Assembly (NCBI GenBank): GCA_951406725.2
Contig: OX597828.1
Span: 24,738,001-24,802,000, forward strand
DNA: 64,000 nucleotides
Reading direction: 5' to 3'
DNA from: Octopus vulgaris
Taxonomy: Eukaryota
Made by a program: the position numbers and the translations under genes. Positions 29,310 to 44,883 of the stretch are shown here, one piece after another. The notes beneath the pieces are model-generated. The model worked only from the letters and a program-made list of their open reading frames with translations. It made no database searches and was not told where the DNA came from. Each line of letters begins with the position of its first letter. The stretch's first letter is position 1.

Positions 29310-29452
29310 TATAGATAGATAGTTAGGTAGGTAGGTAGGTAGGTAGGTAGGTAGGTAGGTAGGTAGGTAGGTAGATATATACACACACATACATACGTAT
29401 ATATATATATATATACATATGTATATATATATATTTACATATATATATATAC

Positions 29453-29519
<67 letters not shown>

Positions 29520-31079
29520 GAGAATTGCGTCAGTTAGAAAATTACTGTGCTGTCCAGCTGGAGCCGAGGAATGGTTCCATGGTTGAGTATTTCGCTTCGC
29601 AACCACGTGGTTTCGGTTTCCATCCCACTCTGCAGAACTGTGGGCAGGTGTCTTCTAATATGTCGCCAGGTCGACCAATGACTTGTGAATGATTTTTGGT
29701 AGATTAACTCGACTTCAGTATCCAGCTGGTACTTAATTTATCGACTCTGAAAGGATGAAAGGCAAGGCCGTTCGTTGCTTTGTTTTTTCGTTCATTTTCT
29801 TCCTTCTTTCGTTTTTCATCCGTTTGTAAATCCTTGGCAATTTTCTTCTGCCGTCTGCCTTTTCTATTGGAGTTTCCTCTGTTTCTGAAGAAGAACTCTG
29901 CAACATCAAAACACCTTTCTTTCCTTCCCTGAGCTTCTGCTAATATTTTACAGGTACCACGTCCTCGCGTTGTTTTTTTTTTTGTGTTTGTTCTTCGTTT
30001 TTTGTTTTGGACTTACTACATATATATACACACACACACACACACATACATATATACAACTAATTATATAAATATATATATATATCTATGTATGTGTGTG
30101 GTGTGTTTGTGTGTGTGTGTGTATGTGTGTGTGTATGTGTGTGTGTGTGTATGTGTGTGTGTGTGTGTGTGTTTCTCTTTCTGTTTGTATCCTATACCAC
30201 TTGTCAACTAGTGTTGGTTTGTTTTTACACCCTCGCAACGGAGCAATTTGTCTTAATTATGTACCAGATGAGGTACAACTTGTTTGACTAATTCTACAAG
30301 GTGGTGCACCAGTATGGCCGCAGTGCAATAGCTCAAACAAGTGAAATAGTTAAAGAGAAAATAAGTATTAAATCAGAGACAGAATTAATCAGCGAACCAA
30401 TAGAGAACCAAAGTAAATTAGTATACATTCCTAAAAAAACAGGTTTTTCAATATCTTTTTGCTTTTAGTTCTGAGTTCAAAGAGCGTTTGAGGCAGTGCT
30501 TTTCATATATGTATGTATCTACGTACGTATGTATGTATGTATGTGTGTATGTATGTATATGTTTATGTGTATACAATTCCGGATTTGATAAAAAGTAAAA
30601 ATGGTCAAACAAGGAGAAAAGCAACAAGGACAACATGCGTTACAAACAACGACTTACTTTGCCTGGTTATACCACAACTGATGAGCATTACTATAAAAAG
30701 TATAATGATGGAAACGACAAGAGACGAAATGGAAACAACAAAAGCAACAACAACATTAATTACCATCGTAACTGCATATCAGTGACAGCAGTAATAACAA
30801 CCATAACCGTAATATCAACAACATCAGCAACAACCGCAGCAACGATAATAAAAACGTAAGGAGATATAAATAAACATGGCAAATGAAAATAAAAGCAATT
30901 AAATTAGGAAGAAAACATTAAGGAGTTTAAAAAATATCCAATGTTGATATCAAATTACTTGAAATAAAAATTGTCTTCAGAAAATTGGAACATCCATTTA
31001 GAAGGAGCCTTGATGTTTATTTGTATATGTGTTTTTAGGTATGAATGTTCTTTGTGTGTGGGTGTGCGTGTATGTATAT

Positions 31080-31141
<62 letters not shown>

Positions 31142-31413
31142 ATATATATATATATATATATGTTTGTATATATATACATATATATATATAAATGTATTTA
31201 TATATATATATATATATATATAAATTATATATATATATAAATGTATTTATACATGTAATTAAATATACCTATATATATATAAACATATACATGTAAACTT
31301 TTATATATATATACTCTTTCAAATATATATTTACACATATATATATATACATATACATATATATATATATGTATATAAATGAGTGTATATATACTTACAT
31401 ATATACATACATT

Positions 31414-31474
<61 letters not shown>

Positions 31475-31567
31475 AGCAAATGTAAATACGTTTAATACAT
31501 ACATATATATATATGTAAATCTTGCTAGATAGATGTATACACATATATACGTATACCCGTATGCATG

Positions 31568-31598
<31 letters not shown>

Positions 31599-32246
31599 AT
31601 GTGTAAACGAATGTCTCCTTTTTCTAATGTTGTTTTGATGTTACCCAATACAACACCACTGCAAACAGTACTGTACCAACATGAAAATTAACACCACAAT
31701 CGTCATACTACTACAACAACTCTTCCTCCTCCTCCTCCTACTACTACTACTACTACTACTGCTACTACTACTACTACTACTACTAATTCTACTACTACTA
31801 CTACTAAAGCTACTATTAAATGCACAAATGCTGCCTCTGCCGCTGGTATTGCTGTAAGACCTACAACCGTTATTACAGATTGTCATTATTACGTTGGGGG
31901 TTGTTTGGTGAAACTTCTTGATATGATGTGTATTTATGCAATTATGTATACATACATACATACACATTTGTGTGTGTGTGTGTGTACGCGCGCGCGTGTG
32001 CGTGTGTGTGTGGGTGTGCATAAATTTGTGTGTATGTGTGTTTGCGTGTAAATTTTCGTCATTAGGCTTCACCAAACAGCCCCCGCCATTTACAAAAAGC
32101 AATTATTGTAAGAGTTCATCTGTTTGTATATCTATTTGTATATCTATCTATATGCGTGCGTATTCATTTATATGTACACAAACGTGAGGCATGTTTACAT
32201 ATCAGCCAAAACCATGAGTAAATATAGTGTGTGCGTGTGTATATAC

Positions 32247-32289
<43 letters not shown>

Positions 32290-32391
32290 GTATCAATGTT
32301 TGTATATAAATCTACATATATATATGTGTATTTGTAATTTCATATATCCCGAAAATTTACCAAATTTTCGGCCAAATGAATAATAATAATG

Positions 32392-32455
<64 letters not shown>

Positions 32456-32844
32456 TAATAATAATAATAATGATAATAATATCAATAATAACAACAACAA
32501 CAACAACAACAACAACAATAATAATAATAATAGTAATAATAATAATCTCAGGAAGAAAATTTTACGATTTTCTTTCTTCATTATTTCTTCCTCTCTTTCT
32601 TTCTTTCTTTCGTTCTTTCTTTCTTTCCCTCAGATCAAATTCTAAACTAAAAAAAATTCCAGAAAACAAATAATTAATTTCTTTGGTTATTAGTTTTAAA
32701 ATGGTTGACAAAATAATTAATGTCCCTTTAAATGTCTCCTTTAACAGTAACGACAACAACGTTTATAAAATTATTTTTTATCTTTATTAATGTTGTTGTT
32801 TATGTTGCTGTTGTTGTTTTTTTTTCTAATGGTAATCTTTTTTT

Positions 32845-32876
<32 letters not shown>

Positions 32877-33279
32877 TTTGTTGATAATCTATGATTTCAA
32901 TGTGTGTTTCGAAGCTGAAACATTAAGAAGTATAGGCTTGAAGAAAGGGTGAAGAATCAGTATTTAGAATCTGTTGAGCGTCCGAGAAAACGGCTTGCAC
33001 TATTTAGTTCCGCTTTATTATAGTCTGGGTTCAAATCCTGTCACGATCAACTTTACCTTTAAGCCATCTGGGTGTTAATCAAAGTAGCAGTCAAGTGCAG
33101 AGATCCATTTAATTCGCTGCCCACCTCCGTTTCCCCTCAAAAATCTTGCTTTGTAAATATGTTAGGAACAATTATTGTCTGAATGCTTCCGCCCTCTTTC
33201 CGTTCTGAGTTCGTATTTCACCGAGGGCAACTTTGCTTTGCGGCCATCAGAGAGTGAATAACATAAAATATCAGTGAAT

Positions 33280-33865
33280 TTTGGGCATTCATATAATTCA
33301 CGATCATTCATCCTCCACCTCATCATCATCATCGTCATCATCACCACCACCATCTTCATCTTCATCATCACCACCACCATCACCATCATCATCACCATCA
33401 TCATCATCATCATCGCCATCATTATCATCCTCATCATCATCATCACCACCATCATCCTCATCATCATCATCATCATCATCTTCATCTTCATCATCACACC
33501 ACCATCACCATCATCACCATCATCATCATCATCATCGCCATCATCATCATCGTCATCCTCATCATCATCATCACCACCATCATCATTATCACCATCTTCA
33601 TCGTCTACCTCCTCAATGCCCCTATACCACTCTTCCTCAACTTTCTCCCACTTATTTCCATCGTAATCATCTTCAACATCCTTATCATCCTCTTCCTCCT
33701 AATCCCCCTCATCTACCTCCTCCTCTTCCCCTTCATCATCATCATCATCTTCCTCTTCCCCTCCTCCTAATCTTCACCCAGATACTCATCCCCCTCATTT
33801 CCCTCCTCATCTTCCTCTTCATCTCCTTCCATATTTACCACCACTTCATCCTCTACATCCTCTTC
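33280..33865. repeat. (CAT/CAC)n and (CCT)n low-complexity tract
   Basis: Directly visible. Confidence 0.9.
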
Positions 33866-33866
33866 T

Positions 33867-34305
33867 GAATTTGAACTCAGAATGTAATGAGAGACGAAAT
33901 ACCTATTTCTTTACTGCCCACAAGGGGCTACACACAGAGGGGACAAACAAGGACAGACGAAGGGATTAAGTCGATTGTATCGACCTCAGTGCATAACTGG
34001 TACTTATATAATCGACCCGAAAAGATGAAAGGCAGAGTCGACTTCGGCGGAATTTGAACTCAGAACGTAGCGGCAGACGAAATACCTATTTCTTTACTAC
34101 CCACAAGGGGCTAAACACAGAGGGGACGAACAAGGACAGACAAACGGATTAAGTCGATTAAATCGACCCCAGTGCGTAACTGGTACTTAATTTATCGAGC
34201 CCGAAAGGATGAAAGGCAGAGTCGACCTCGGCGGAATTAGAACACAGAATGTAGCGGCAGACGAAATACCGCTAAGCATTTCGCCCGGCTTGCTAACGAT
34301 TCTGT
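33867..34305 (-). mobile_element. SINE family D, multimeric
   Basis: GAAATACC recurs at ~33896, 34079 and 34263; head GCTAACGATTCTG at the right end. Confidence 0.8.
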
Positions 34306-34477
34306 GGTTATGGTGAAAGGGGTTTTACAGTGGACGGGGCTGACATGATTGAGGATCAGCACATTCCTCTTTGGACACATTCCACACACACACGCACATA
34401 TATGTGTGTGTGTGTGTCTGAAAAATGAATAGAATTGTCTTTTCAGATAACTTTTCCACTTTAATAATTAGATATAT

Positions 34478-34640
34478 TTATTTGTTTCAGTTATTTCACT
34501 GCAGCGGTGCTGGAGCACCGCCTTTACTCGAGCACATCGACCCACAAAACCTATTTTTTGTACGCCTAGTACTTATTCTACCGTTCCCTTTTACAGAATC
34601 GGTTATCACGCGATGTTGGAAGGACAAACACAGGCGCACA

Positions 34641-34725
<85 letters not shown>

Positions 34726-34810
34726 GAAGGGCTTCTTTCAGGTTCCGTCTATTAAATCCACTCACAAGGCTTTGGTCGGCCCGAGGTTAAAGAAGACACT
34801 CGCCCGAGGT
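34478..34810 (-). mobile_element. SINE family A, 5'-truncated
   Basis: Family A tail and mid-body blocks around an internal (TA)n. Confidence 0.7.
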
Positions 34811-34865
34811 ACCAAATATATAATACTGTACCAAGGACATTTAATTTCCTATTTTACTCTCTGTG

Positions 34866-34930
<65 letters not shown>

Positions 34931-35267
34931 GTGTGTGCAGACGTTTACGATGCGAACTGATTAGCCGGAAAGTGAAATAGTTTCTACGTAATTCACATCA
35001 TGAATTACGGCTATTTGTCTTAAAATATTTTGATACTTCTCGTCATCAAAATGTTTGCTATACATGCACACTACACACACCACACACACACACACACACA
35101 AATATACGTACACACACGCACAGACACAGACACACACACACACATAGACATACGGTTAGGTTTAGGATATGTTTGTATGTACGTTTGCACACGCATGTTT
35201 GTATACACATCTGCATACGTATACCTATATACATTCATACATACATATATATATATATATATATCAA

Positions 35268-35721
<454 letters not shown>

Positions 35722-36454
35722 GAGATGAGAGAGAGTGTGGGGAGAGAGAGAATGAGAACGCCAACGGAGATAATGTTAATAAATGTTGATCTTATCGATA
35801 CCAGTAATATTTCTCTTCAGTAACTCTATATGATCTCGTTTATATCTTTTAAATACCAATATGCGAAATTTCTATATACATTCATGTGCAATTGATCTTC
35901 TCTCAAATCGAATTATTTAGGAAGTCTTCTAAAAACAAACTACCATAGTTACCGTTTTTATCTGTGATATGTTATACATACAACCTTTGTGTATATAAAT
36001 TGATGAAATATATACTCGATTTTATCGTTGTTTGTCTCATTTAACTCGTATAAATCTAGCAAAACGAAATATTTTCCAGAAAATTTCAATAGATTATCTC
36101 TCTGATGTTTACATTTTACAAGCATCCGACGGACATTCATACCCACATATGCACACATGTACCCGTATAAACACACTCAAACACATACAAATGCATATAT
36201 TTATTCAACGAATAAAAAAACTGGAAATAATGTTTAGAGTTTTATCTGGATTTTTTAAAAAATAAGATAACTTGATAAATTTCAGCTCTGATCTATTGAC
36301 TTTGACGCAACTACCTTGCAATAAAAATTAGGAATTATGTATTTGTCGCGTTATTACTACAAGCGATAACTTCAACGGACATTGTTTTTATACATACACA
36401 CATACATACATACATACATGTATATATATATATATATATTTATTTATATATATA

Positions 36455-36931
36455 CTAGCAGTATCACCCGGCGTTGCTCGGGTTTGTAAGGGAAATAACT
36501 ATATAAGCATTTTTAGAGAGTTACTTCCCTTATAGATGCCAATTCGGGCTTTCTTAGCCATTTCTGTTTTGGTGTCTTCAAGCCATGAAGTCGTTGTTCT
36601 AAAAGAACGCTGGTCTCCTTGACAACGCTTTACGACGTTGATCTCCTTACACTCCCTTCCCCACAGCTTCACGAGGGAGGGAAGAAGGGGGAGTAGCAAA
36701 CAGGTCCAGGTGTGACCATGGACGCCAACTCCGCCGCCATCGACACACGAAAAATTATGCATTAAAATGGAATAAAAAATGATGTTAAATTATTTTTAAA
36801 ATCGTAGACTCATCGTAGACGCGCGCTAATACTCAGACGGGCTAATACTCAGACGGACTAATGTGGGAGTAGTTAGGAATCTAAATCGAAGGGGACAGAC
36901 ACTCACACAACTACAGTTTTATATATATAGA
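36455..36931 (-). mobile_element. Non-autonomous Helitron, copy 2
   Basis: Minus 5' TCTATATATATAAAAC; 3' hairpin CCCGAGCAACGCCGGG plus CTAG; inserted at an AT site in (TA)n. Confidence 0.8.
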
Positions 36932-37139
36932 TATATATATATACCGTAGAAATTGCACAGAAGATCGATAAAGTAAGACAGCAAAATCCAAACACTAAAC
37001 AGTTAGCGACCGCTCAATTTCGCACCATTCTAATACACACGCACACACTCACACACATATATACATACACACACACATATATACACACACACACACACTT
37101 ATCTTCGCTTCTTGGGCTAGTTGCCGAATAGTTACGCGG

Positions 37140-37534
37140 TGATCGTCCAAAATGGCGGTCTCAACTTAATAGATGGTGTCGTCATCAGTCCAGGAATAAG
37201 AGCAATTTCCACTTATGTCCAACCGCATTTGAACTGGCGATGCCAGTGCTTGACTATGTCGTATGATGGTGCACCGTCACCATAAACTTCTTCCATCTCA
37301 TCGAAAACCTCTTTTGGTGGACGACCTTTTTAAGTATTAGAACCCTGCTCACTGATCTGCATTCAGCTGCCTCCCTTGTGACGTCTTACTCCACTTCAGC
37401 ATCCGTAAAAGACAAACAAATACAAGAGGAAAGCTGCAATTTACAATGTGGTATGTAGGGACATGTATGATTAGACAAGTTTTCCTACAATAACCGGAAG
37501 TGGGTCAGAGGAATCTTTAATGAACACCCCTCGT
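37140..37534 (-). mobile_element. Mariner 5' fragment (TIR plus transposase N-terminal HTH, decayed)
   Basis: Minus TIR ACGAGGGGTGTTCATTAAAG; reads KGRPPKEVFDEMEEVYGDGAPSYDIVKHWHRQFKCG. Confidence 0.75.
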
Positions 37535-37541
37535 GTGTGTG

Positions 37542-37572
<31 letters not shown>

Positions 37573-37996
37573 ATATGTGTGTGTGTTTATTTATATATGC
37601 ATGTATGTATGGATATATATATGTATAATGTTATATTTATGTGTACTCTGGAGTTTAGGTAGAGAAACATCGGAAGTAGTATCAATGAACCTTTCGGTTG
37701 TGACGGTCTCTGCCGCCCGTCCGTCTGCCGCCTTACATCCGTCACGAAAACAAATAATACAAACATTTAACGCTCAAACTCACGGTTAAATTCTTGCAGT
37801 GAGTTTCTGTGATCTTTAGAGCATCAACAACCATTATTTGCGGAATTTGTTTTGGGCATTTAGCTGGTGAGTTAAAGTCGGGAGTACGTCAAAATTTCAT
37901 TATTTCATCCCTCCGTGATGAATAAAATATTGTAACAATCAAAAATTGGAATCAATACCATCGATAGTTTCACTTCCGCTGCGTTTTCGTCATTAC

Positions 37997-38069
<73 letters not shown>

Positions 38070-38268
38070 GCTGGCAGAATCGTTATCATGCTGGGCGAAA
38101 TGCCTACCAGTAAATCGTTTGCGACTACTTTCTGAGTTCAAATTCAGCCGAGGTCCATTTTGCATTCATCCTTTCAGGGTCGATGAAATAAATACCAGTT
38201 GAACACTGGGGTCGATGTCATCGACTCATCCACTCCCCCAAAATGCTGCCCTTGTGGAAAAATTTAAA
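38070..38268 (+). mobile_element. SINE family D, monomer
   Basis: GCTGGCAGAATCGTTA...TCTGAGTTCAAATTC...GGGTCGATG, directly after (TTA)n. Confidence 0.7.
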
Positions 38269-38487
38269 ATCATTTTTTTTTTTTCTTCTTTCTTCAAGTT
38301 TTCTTCCATTTCTCGCCGAGTGTTTTCCGTACACCTAGGGCATAGAAGCTCATTGTATGCATTCCCAGATTACATACGCAAATTCACAGGTACAATATGT
38401 ATTTTTTTTAAATTAATTAACAAATTCATGAATAGATGTTGTTTTCGCAGTATTATTATTATTATTATTATTGATATACACACAACA

Positions 38488-39927
38488 GATTAGACTTGGA
38501 AAAGGAAAATTCCTAACATCGGGATACAAGCAACCTTAAATGCCAAGAACCCTCCTAAGTATCTTAGCTATCCATTACCAAACTGAATTTTATACTTATT
38601 TCTTCTATATCTATAACTACTAGGATACATTTTACCCGCATTTTCCATAGTCTCTGTACTTTGCTATTTTTTCTATATCTCTCATAAGGACTTTTCATAA
38701 TTTACGACTGTAAAGTCAATTATCTCACAATTTCTTTTCTCTTTGTCTACTATTATTAAATCTTGCCTTCTAGCTTCTATTACTATGTCAGTCTGCATGT
38801 TGAAGTCCCACAACATCTTATGTTTCTTACTTTCTAACACGTTACTAGGTTCATGCTCATACAATTTATCAAGTATGTTCAAATTATAACCTTCTACGTA
38901 ACTCCCACTAGGTTACTCTTCCTAGGCCGTCGTGTCTATTCTTGTATTCTTTCTCTACCAGTATGCTACATTCACTTACTATATGAGTAACACTTTCCTC
39001 TTTTGATTTGCATGACCTACATTGGGAATCAACTTGGTTTTTGTCTATTTGGCTTTTATCCAATTAGTCCTTAACGCTTGATCCTATGCTGCTACTAACA
39101 AACTTTCTGTCTCCCCTTTCAGTCTTCCTTTCTGTAACTATAACCATGTCTCACTATTACTATTTGCTGCAACTATCTTTGGGAATCTACCATGCAAAGC
39201 TCTCTCTTGCCAATCAGATAGCTTTTATAATTTTTGCTGGTTTTTAACTACGTTTATTTTTTATTATTTCATCAGGTCTTGCTGTGACTCTAGCAGCTCT
39301 TAATAAACTTTCTTTACTATTACCTACATAGGAGTTTATATCTACCCTAGCTAACCCCAAGTAGTCTTCTACTGATATCAACCCTCTTCCACCTTCCTTT
39401 CTAGGTAAGTATAATCTTGTTACTCCTGTCCTTGGGTTGGGCTCTCCATTTATATTGAATTCTTTCCTAGTTATTCTGTCTTTAGCTTTGCTAATTCAGC
39501 TTTTGTCTAATCTACAAAAGCTGCTGAGTATCTAAGTGATGATACTGCCCAAGTATTTACAGCTTTCACTAGATTCGAACCATTTAGTTTTGACTTCATT
39601 AGCTTCCTCATCATTCTGATGTATCCTTTCTCATTTTTACCATCATTTCTCTTGTTAGTATTCTGTTATATTCTTTGTTAGTATTCTGTTATATTCTAAT
39701 ACACCAAGATACTTATAACACTGTTCTTCTTTTAATGATTTTAATATCTGGCCAACTGGTAACTGGATGCCTTCACTGTTGACTACCTGTTCCCTTTTCC
39801 TGACTAGTGCTGCACACTTATCTATACCAAATTCCATGCCTACATCTTTGCTGAGGATTCTTACAGTCTGTATTAAGGAATCTATCTCTTTTTCAATCTT
39901 ACTAAAAAACTTCAGATCATCCATGTA
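38488..39927 (-). mobile_element. R4/Dong-type LINE, 5'-truncated (RT C-terminal half, CCHC knuckle, RLE; pseudogenised)
   Basis: Minus reads YMDDLKFF...GMEFGIDKC...YKYLGVLE, RLYLPRKEGGRGL, ETESLLVAA*DQAL, CRSC...ESVTHISSEC, RHD, LWDFNMQTD...ARRQDLIIVDK. Multiple stops and frameshifts; 3' end close to (TTA)n. Confidence 0.9.
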
Positions 39928-40728
39928 CTGGTGAAGTGTGTGCGTGTTTTTTAAACCTGGAGAATATTATACAGCATCAGTGTGTTTTATAGGGTTTAGT
40001 TTGAATCTTTTGATGTACTAGTGTCTGTATTGTAGGTTGTTTGTGCAGTGCAGGCTTCTGTCGGTTATCTGATTTCTATGGCACATGTTGTGAGCTTTGT
40101 TCCTTTTATTAGGTATTTACTGTATATATAAGTTTATTTCTATATGTTTTTTGGAGGAGTGAGGCATAGTAGTGTGTATAAATCATAAACCAACCTTTTC
40201 ATAGTATTCATAGTTATGTGTCCATCGTTTTTTTTTTTTTTTTGTAGTATTGGTTGGTTTTGTTTTGGGTCAGTCTTTATAGCGTTTTCTTTTTGACAGA
40301 AAACTACCCATGGACATGTGTTGATGTTTCTTTCGTATTTATAATTATTATTGATGTATATGTGAGACCGAGAAGAAACAGCAATGTAGATACATACAAA
40401 GGACTTGTATAGATATGGAAGCATATGTAATTAAAATTTTACTCACAGGGTTGCAGTTTTGGTATACAGGTATTGCAGACTGTGTGCTTAAATTTTCACG
40501 CCCATGGTGGTGTAGCGGCGCATCTGAGGGAAGCTATTATATATATATATATATATATGCTCCATATAAGAAAATCTTTTGGTTTCCTGAGATGGCTTAT
40601 TTAAAACACAGACATAGTTTCCTTACATTGTTTTTTGCTGTTTCCTAATTCCTGTTTTGTGATGATCTCAGATTTCATCTCCTCTCCCGGAAGCTTGCTG
40701 TCACACGTTCATGCTGTTTGCTATTCGC

Positions 40729-40788
<60 letters not shown>

Positions 40789-41115
40789 CATCATCATTAT
40801 TATTATCATTATTCCTATTCTCCTTTTTCTTCCTCTTCTCCTTCTTCATCTCTTTCTTCTTCTTTTCCTTCTTCTTCTTCTCTTTCTTCTCCTTCTTCTT
40901 CTCCTCCTTCTTCTTCTTCTTCTTCTCCTCCTCCTCCTTCTTCTTCTTCTTCTTCTTCTCCTTCTTCTTCTTCTACTTCTCCTCCTCCTCCTCCTTCTTC
41001 TTCTTCTTCTTCTTCTTCTTCTTCTTCTTCTTCTTCTTCTTCTTCTTCTTCTTCTTCTCCTCCTTCTTTTTCTTCTTCTTCCCTCTTCTTCTTCTTCTTC
41101 TTCCCTCTTCTCCTA
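40729..41115. repeat. (TTA)n-(TTC/CCT)n microsatellite
   Basis: Directly visible. Confidence 0.95.
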
Positions 41116-41499
41116 CATTCCTATTCATTCCAGTCACTGTTGCTCACATCCATGCTGCACCTATCGGCAATGCCATTTCACATATAATAACATTCTTGTT
41201 GCAGTTGTTATTGTTGTAGCTGTTCACATTGACGTCCGTGTTGCAATTATTGTTATACTAGTAACTATTGATGGCATTATTGAAGTTGTTGTTGTTGTTG
41301 TTGCTGTCATTTCTTTGCATTAGTATTCTTGCTGTTGTTGTTGTTATTGTCCTCACTGCTATCACTATTGTCAGTACTTCTTTTATTGTAGTTGTTGCTG
41401 CTGTCGTAAACGTTTTCAATGCTTGTGTTGTCATCGTTGTCATTGACCACATGGCACTCCTTCTCATTGCTATCGTCGTCGACGTCGTTGTCCTCCACC

Positions 41500-41517
41500 T
41501 CCTCCTCCTCGTCGTGG

Positions 41518-41570
<53 letters not shown>

Positions 41571-41790
41571 CGTGTTGTCATTATCACTTCTGCGGACCTT
41601 CATGACAACATTGCGCTTAAATTTCCAATTATTGACATTTTTTGTCAACGTAATTGCTGTAGTGTTAGTAGTAGTAGTAGTAGTAGTAGTAGTTGTGGTG
41701 GTGGTGGTGGTGGTGGTAGTGGTGGTGGTGGTGGTGGTGGTGGTGGTGGTAGTGGTGGTGGTGGTGGTGGTGGTGGTGGTGGAGGTGATG

Positions 41791-41859
<69 letters not shown>

Positions 41860-41860
41860 A
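41500..41860. repeat. (GTT)n, (AGT)n, (GGT)n microsatellites
   Basis: Directly visible. Confidence 0.9.
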
Positions 41861-42143
41861 CAATAGCGGTGATGGTTGGTCAGGGCGGTGGTGGAGAAGT
41901 GGTGCAGTTTGCGGTGGGGACGGTGACGCTTTACACCAGAACTAATAAATCGCGTAAAACGATACCGTCCCTTCCCCAACCCCGACCCTATCCCCCTATA
42001 ACGTGCACACATATGCACACGAGCACATGTACATGCATTTATGCAAACATACATGATTAGATACACACATGTACACAAATATGCCCACTCATATATACGT
42101 GTATAAAATATATATGTGTATATATACATACATGCATATATAT

Positions 42144-42174
<31 letters not shown>

Positions 42175-42275
42175 CATATATTCATAAACATGCACGCGCA
42201 CACATGTACACGCATACATACACTCACACACACACACATATATATAGTTACATGTATATATATATATATACACAC

Positions 42276-42330
<55 letters not shown>

Positions 42331-42538
42331 CGTGTGTGTGTGCGTGTGGAGACCAAACCACATAGAGAATCACGCACGAGCACAGATGCAAGCAAATAAT
42401 ATTTAGTGTATATATCTATACACACACACAATTATGAACATGCATATATATATATGCGTATGTATATATATTTATATATATACGGATATATATGCGTGTG
42501 TACGGATATATATATGCATATATATATGTATATATATA

Positions 42539-42585
<47 letters not shown>

Positions 42586-42729
42586 ACATACATACATACA
42601 TACATGCGTGCATTAACAGACACACTAATGTGTCTGCAGAAAACAGCAGAAATCCACTGTGCCCCACAGGGGACATAAAACAGTTGGTGTATTACATCAA
42701 AGTTGAAAGCTTTTCATTTCCCGGCTGTA

Positions 42730-42832
<103 letters not shown>

Positions 42833-42834
42833 CA

Positions 42835-43147
42835 GTGAAGGCGCATGGCTCAGTGTTAGAGCGCCGAACTTACGACCATGAGGTTGTGAGTTCGATTCCC
42901 GGTCCGTGCTGCGTGTTGTGTTCTTGACCAAGACACTTTATTTCACGTTGCTCTAGTTCACTCAGCTGTAGGTGCCAAGCTGTATCGACCCCTTTGCCTT
43001 TCCCTTGGATAACACTAGTGGCTTGGAGAGAGAAGGCTGGTATACATGGGCGGCTACTGGTCTTCCATAAACAACCTTGCCTGAAGTTGTACCTCGGAGG
43101 GTAACTCTCTAGGTGCAATCCCATGGTCATCCGTGACTAAAGGGGTC
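42835..43147 (+). mobile_element. SINE family C, full length
   Basis: GAAGGCGCATGGCTCAGTGTTAGAGCG...GAGTTCGATTCCCGG head; tail GACTAAAGGGGTC. Confidence 0.8.
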
Positions 43148-43225
43148 TCCGAATTATTATCATTGTTGTTGTCACTGTTACCATTATCATCACTATTATT
43201 ATTATTATTATCATTATTATTAAGA

Positions 43226-43420
43226 TGGCGAGCTGGCAGGATCGTTAGCACGCCGGGCGAAATGTTTAGCGGGATTTCGTTCCTCTTTACGCTCTGAGTT
43301 CAAATTCCGCCGAGGTTGAATTCGCCTTTGACCCTTTCGGCATCGACAAATCAAGTACCAGTTGAACACTGGGGTTCGATATAATCGTCTCATCACCCCC
43401 ACCCCCCAAAAATTGCTGCC
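43226..43420 (+). mobile_element. SINE family D, monomer
   Basis: GGCGAGCTGGCAGGATCGTTAGCACGCCGGGCGAAATG...GAGTTCAAATTCCGCC. Confidence 0.75.
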
Positions 43421-43450
43421 ATTATTATTATCATTATTGTTTTCTTTTTA

Positions 43451-43617
43451 TCACAGGTTTTGTTGGAAATCCTGGAGTCTCGCATGCATAGCGGGCTCAC
43501 TACCTGAAGACCTACGGTACCATGCTATCCGTTCTTTTCGGCTACCTGATACTTTCCTAATTATTCTGGCCGTGCCAAGGAGGCAAACCTTTTCTAAAAG
43601 TTTTACAGGGCACTCAA
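43451..43617 (-). mobile_element. R4/Dong-type 3' end fragment
   Basis: Minus IECPVKLLEKVCLLGTARIIRKV (ORF terminus) plus a UTR shared with 61192-61350. Confidence 0.75.
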
Positions 43618-44883
43618 TTATGTATATGTATATATATTTACACACACACATATATATATATATGGGTATGTATGTGTGTATGCATGTATGTATACATACC
43701 TACAATCATAAACGTGTGCGTATGTGTGAGAGAGAGAGGGGGAGAAACAGAGATCAGAGATGTTTCAACTGTGTCCTGAACGTTCCATCTCTGTTCAACC
43801 TCTTCAGACAGTTCACCTAGCCCCACAGTACATACTTCATTCCTCTCACCCCTTTAAATACACTCACGTATTGTCAGTTATTGCAGATTTGGCAGTTCTT
43901 TCCTAAGAGGTCTACAGACTTCGTAAAGGATGTATTTCTTTCATTTGACCCCTCGCCCTTTAAGTTTTTAATAAGAACACGCTAATACTCACCTAACAAT
44001 TGTTACGTTGGTTTAAAACGTATATCTATTCTACATTTCATGTTTAACAAACCCTATTGTTCCACAGAAAAATTTCAAACGCAAAATTAAATTGTGCTAA
44101 AATAAACATAATCTCCAAAGTTGTTACGACGGTCTGAAATATGGTAACGTGGCAACGTGGCCAGGACAACAGACACATCGTAGTAAGAATAGAATATGTA
44201 AGTGTGGGCTGTGGTAATGAAATATTGCAATAAAAAAACAGACGGATCATAAAACTTTTTGTTATAGTGAATCTCTGGTATCGGATATCAAATGTCATCA
44301 GTAATAATAAGTATTGCTTCTTTAATACCTAACTTTACGTCATTTCTATGGATGGCTTTGAATACCACCAGCTGTTTGAGATAATTTAGTAACGAACTAA
44401 ACTTGTGCATTTTTTAATAAAGGCATCTTATGAATCTTACAGTACATTGAGCTATATTGTGGATTTCTTTGGTGGTTGAAGGAGAAATGGCTGCTGAAAA
44501 TAGTAGCCTACTCTCTCTGAAATCACATGTGGTCTTTAACACGCTGGCTCTCACACAATAATGTGATGATTTGGGTCGTCTCGTTATCTCTTTCCCATGT
44601 GTCTTTTGAGAACTGTCGCGCTACGATTTCTTCAGTATGTGATTATGATATACTAGAACAATACTTCTTTCTATATTTCATAGATTGATTTTCGTTATCC
44701 TTTCGATTTTCACTATGTAATAAGGTGAAATAAATGACTGAATAAAGAGAGAGTGTAGTTAACAAAACAGAAGAGAACGAAAATCATTTTATTTACCATA
44801 GAAACCAAACTACCTTTGTTTAAAAAAATAAATAGAATTTGGAGAAAACAGTGATGCTTACACCACTAAGTGAAAGGGCAAAT

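Noticed and set aside
29870-29925. CTGAAGAAGAACTC possible hammerhead remnant
   Set aside because: The GAAA box is missing; too decayed to support.
30674-30725. CTGATGA...GAAACGAC hammerhead-like spacing
   Set aside because: No NUH triplet and no stem I pairing; the context is low-complexity.
39930-40728. Possible further decayed LINE sequence upstream of the YMDD fragment
   Set aside because: No RT motifs could be read in frame; too degenerate to call.
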